From contig NC_073400.1 of the NCBI RefSeq assembly GCF_028641065.1, positions 19,840,001-19,904,000 on the forward strand: a DNA stretch of 64,000 nt, written 5' to 3'. Position 1 is the first letter of the stretch; each line of letters begins with the position of its first letter. Position numbers and translations under genes: made by a program. This document shows, piece after piece, positions 63,005-64,000 of the stretch. The stretch comes from Leucoraja erinacea (lineage: Eukaryota). Below the pieces are notes generated by a model. The model was not told the DNA's origin. It saw only the letters and a list, made by a program, of their open reading frames with translations, and did no database searches.

Positions 63005-64000
63005 CTGGCCTAAATGGCCTACCCCATATTCCTTGACTGTGGCTCCTGTTTCTGGACTCCCCCAGCACTGGGAACATGTTTCCTGCCTCTAGCGTGTCCA
63101 ATCCCTTAATAATCTTATATGTTATATGGTGTACAATTTTGGTCGCCCAATTATAGGAAGGATGTCAACAAAATAGAGAGAGTACCGAGGAGATTTACTA
63201 GAATGGTGCCTGGGTTTCAACAACTAAGTTACAGAGATAGGTTGAATAAGTTAGGTCTTTATTTTCTGGAGCGCAGAAGGTTAAGGTGGGACTTGATGAT
63301 GAGAGGGATAGACAGGGTTGATGTGGACAAGCTTTTCCCTTTGAGAAAAGGGAAGATTCAAACAAGAGGACATGACTTCAGAATTAAGGGACAGAAGTTT
63401 AGGGGTAACATGAGGGGGAACTTCTTTATTCAGAGAGTGGTAGCGGTGTGGAATGAGCTTCCAGTGGAAGTGGTGGAGGCAGGTTCGTTGGTATCATTTA
63501 AAAATAAATTGGATAGGCATATGGATGAGAAGGGAATGGAGGGTTATGGTATGAGTGCTGGCAGGTGGGACTAAGGGGAAAAAAAAGTTGTTCGGCACGG
63601 ACTTGTAGGGCCGAGATGGCCTGTTTCCATGCTGTAATTGTTATATGGTTATATGGTTTCAATAAGATTCCCTCTCATTCTTCTAAATTCCAGTGTCTAC
63701 AAGCCAAGTCGCTCCATTCTATCAGCAAATGACAGTCCCGCCAGCCCGGGAATTAACCTTGTGAACCTACACTGCACTCCCACAATAGCAAGAATGGTCT
63801 TCCACAAATTTGGAGACCAAAACTGCACACAATACTCCAGATGTGGTCTCACTAGAGCCCTGCACAACTGCAGAAGGACCCCTTTGCTCCTATACTCAAC
63901 TCCTCCTGTTATGACAGCCAATATATCGTTAGTTTACTTCACTGCCTGTTGGACCTGCATGCTTACCTTCAGTGACTGATGAACAAGGACCCCCAGATCT
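63005..64000. mobile_element. Minus-strand CR1 with a nested plus-strand CR1 (63120-63656)
   Basis: The host sequence ...AATCTTATATG|TTTCAATAAG is split by a (TTATATGG)-tailed CR1 3' fragment. Confidence 0.85.

Overview
Eukaryotic, repeat-dominated genomic DNA. The repeat complement (CR1 LINEs with (ATAGAAAC)n tails, Penelope-like elements, Rex1/Babar, V-SINE-like elements) points to a cartilaginous fish, probably a skate or ray; this is inference. Most ORFs in the supplied track are retrotransposon fragments or their antisense shadows. Two spliced immunoglobulin-superfamily genes can be assembled by hand, arranged head to head. (A) A minus-strand CD2/SLAM-family gene: leader 24553-24487, Cys-less V-set exon 20079-19762 and 4-Cys C2 exon 16430-16149; no membrane-anchor exon was found. 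(B) A plus-strand, apparently complete ~150-aa receptor: leader 56645-56702, a single SLAM-type C2 exon 60807-61088 with a GC donor, and a CxC-stalk/TM/short-tail exon 62562-62674 with an Arg at the start of the TM helix. A third, orphan leader-like exon lies on + at 11924-11978. Between the genes is a nested stack: a HERO remnant carrying a full-length Nimb/I-group LINE (13-bp TSD) that itself contains a full-length CR1 and an in-frame CR1 filler patch, plus a second Nimb insertion 30 bp away. The Nimb 3' ends show a covarying stem-loop and a 13-nt 5'UTR/3'UTR complementarity. At 7.2-9.6 kb a young inverted duplication/triplication involves a DNA-transposon end and its flank.
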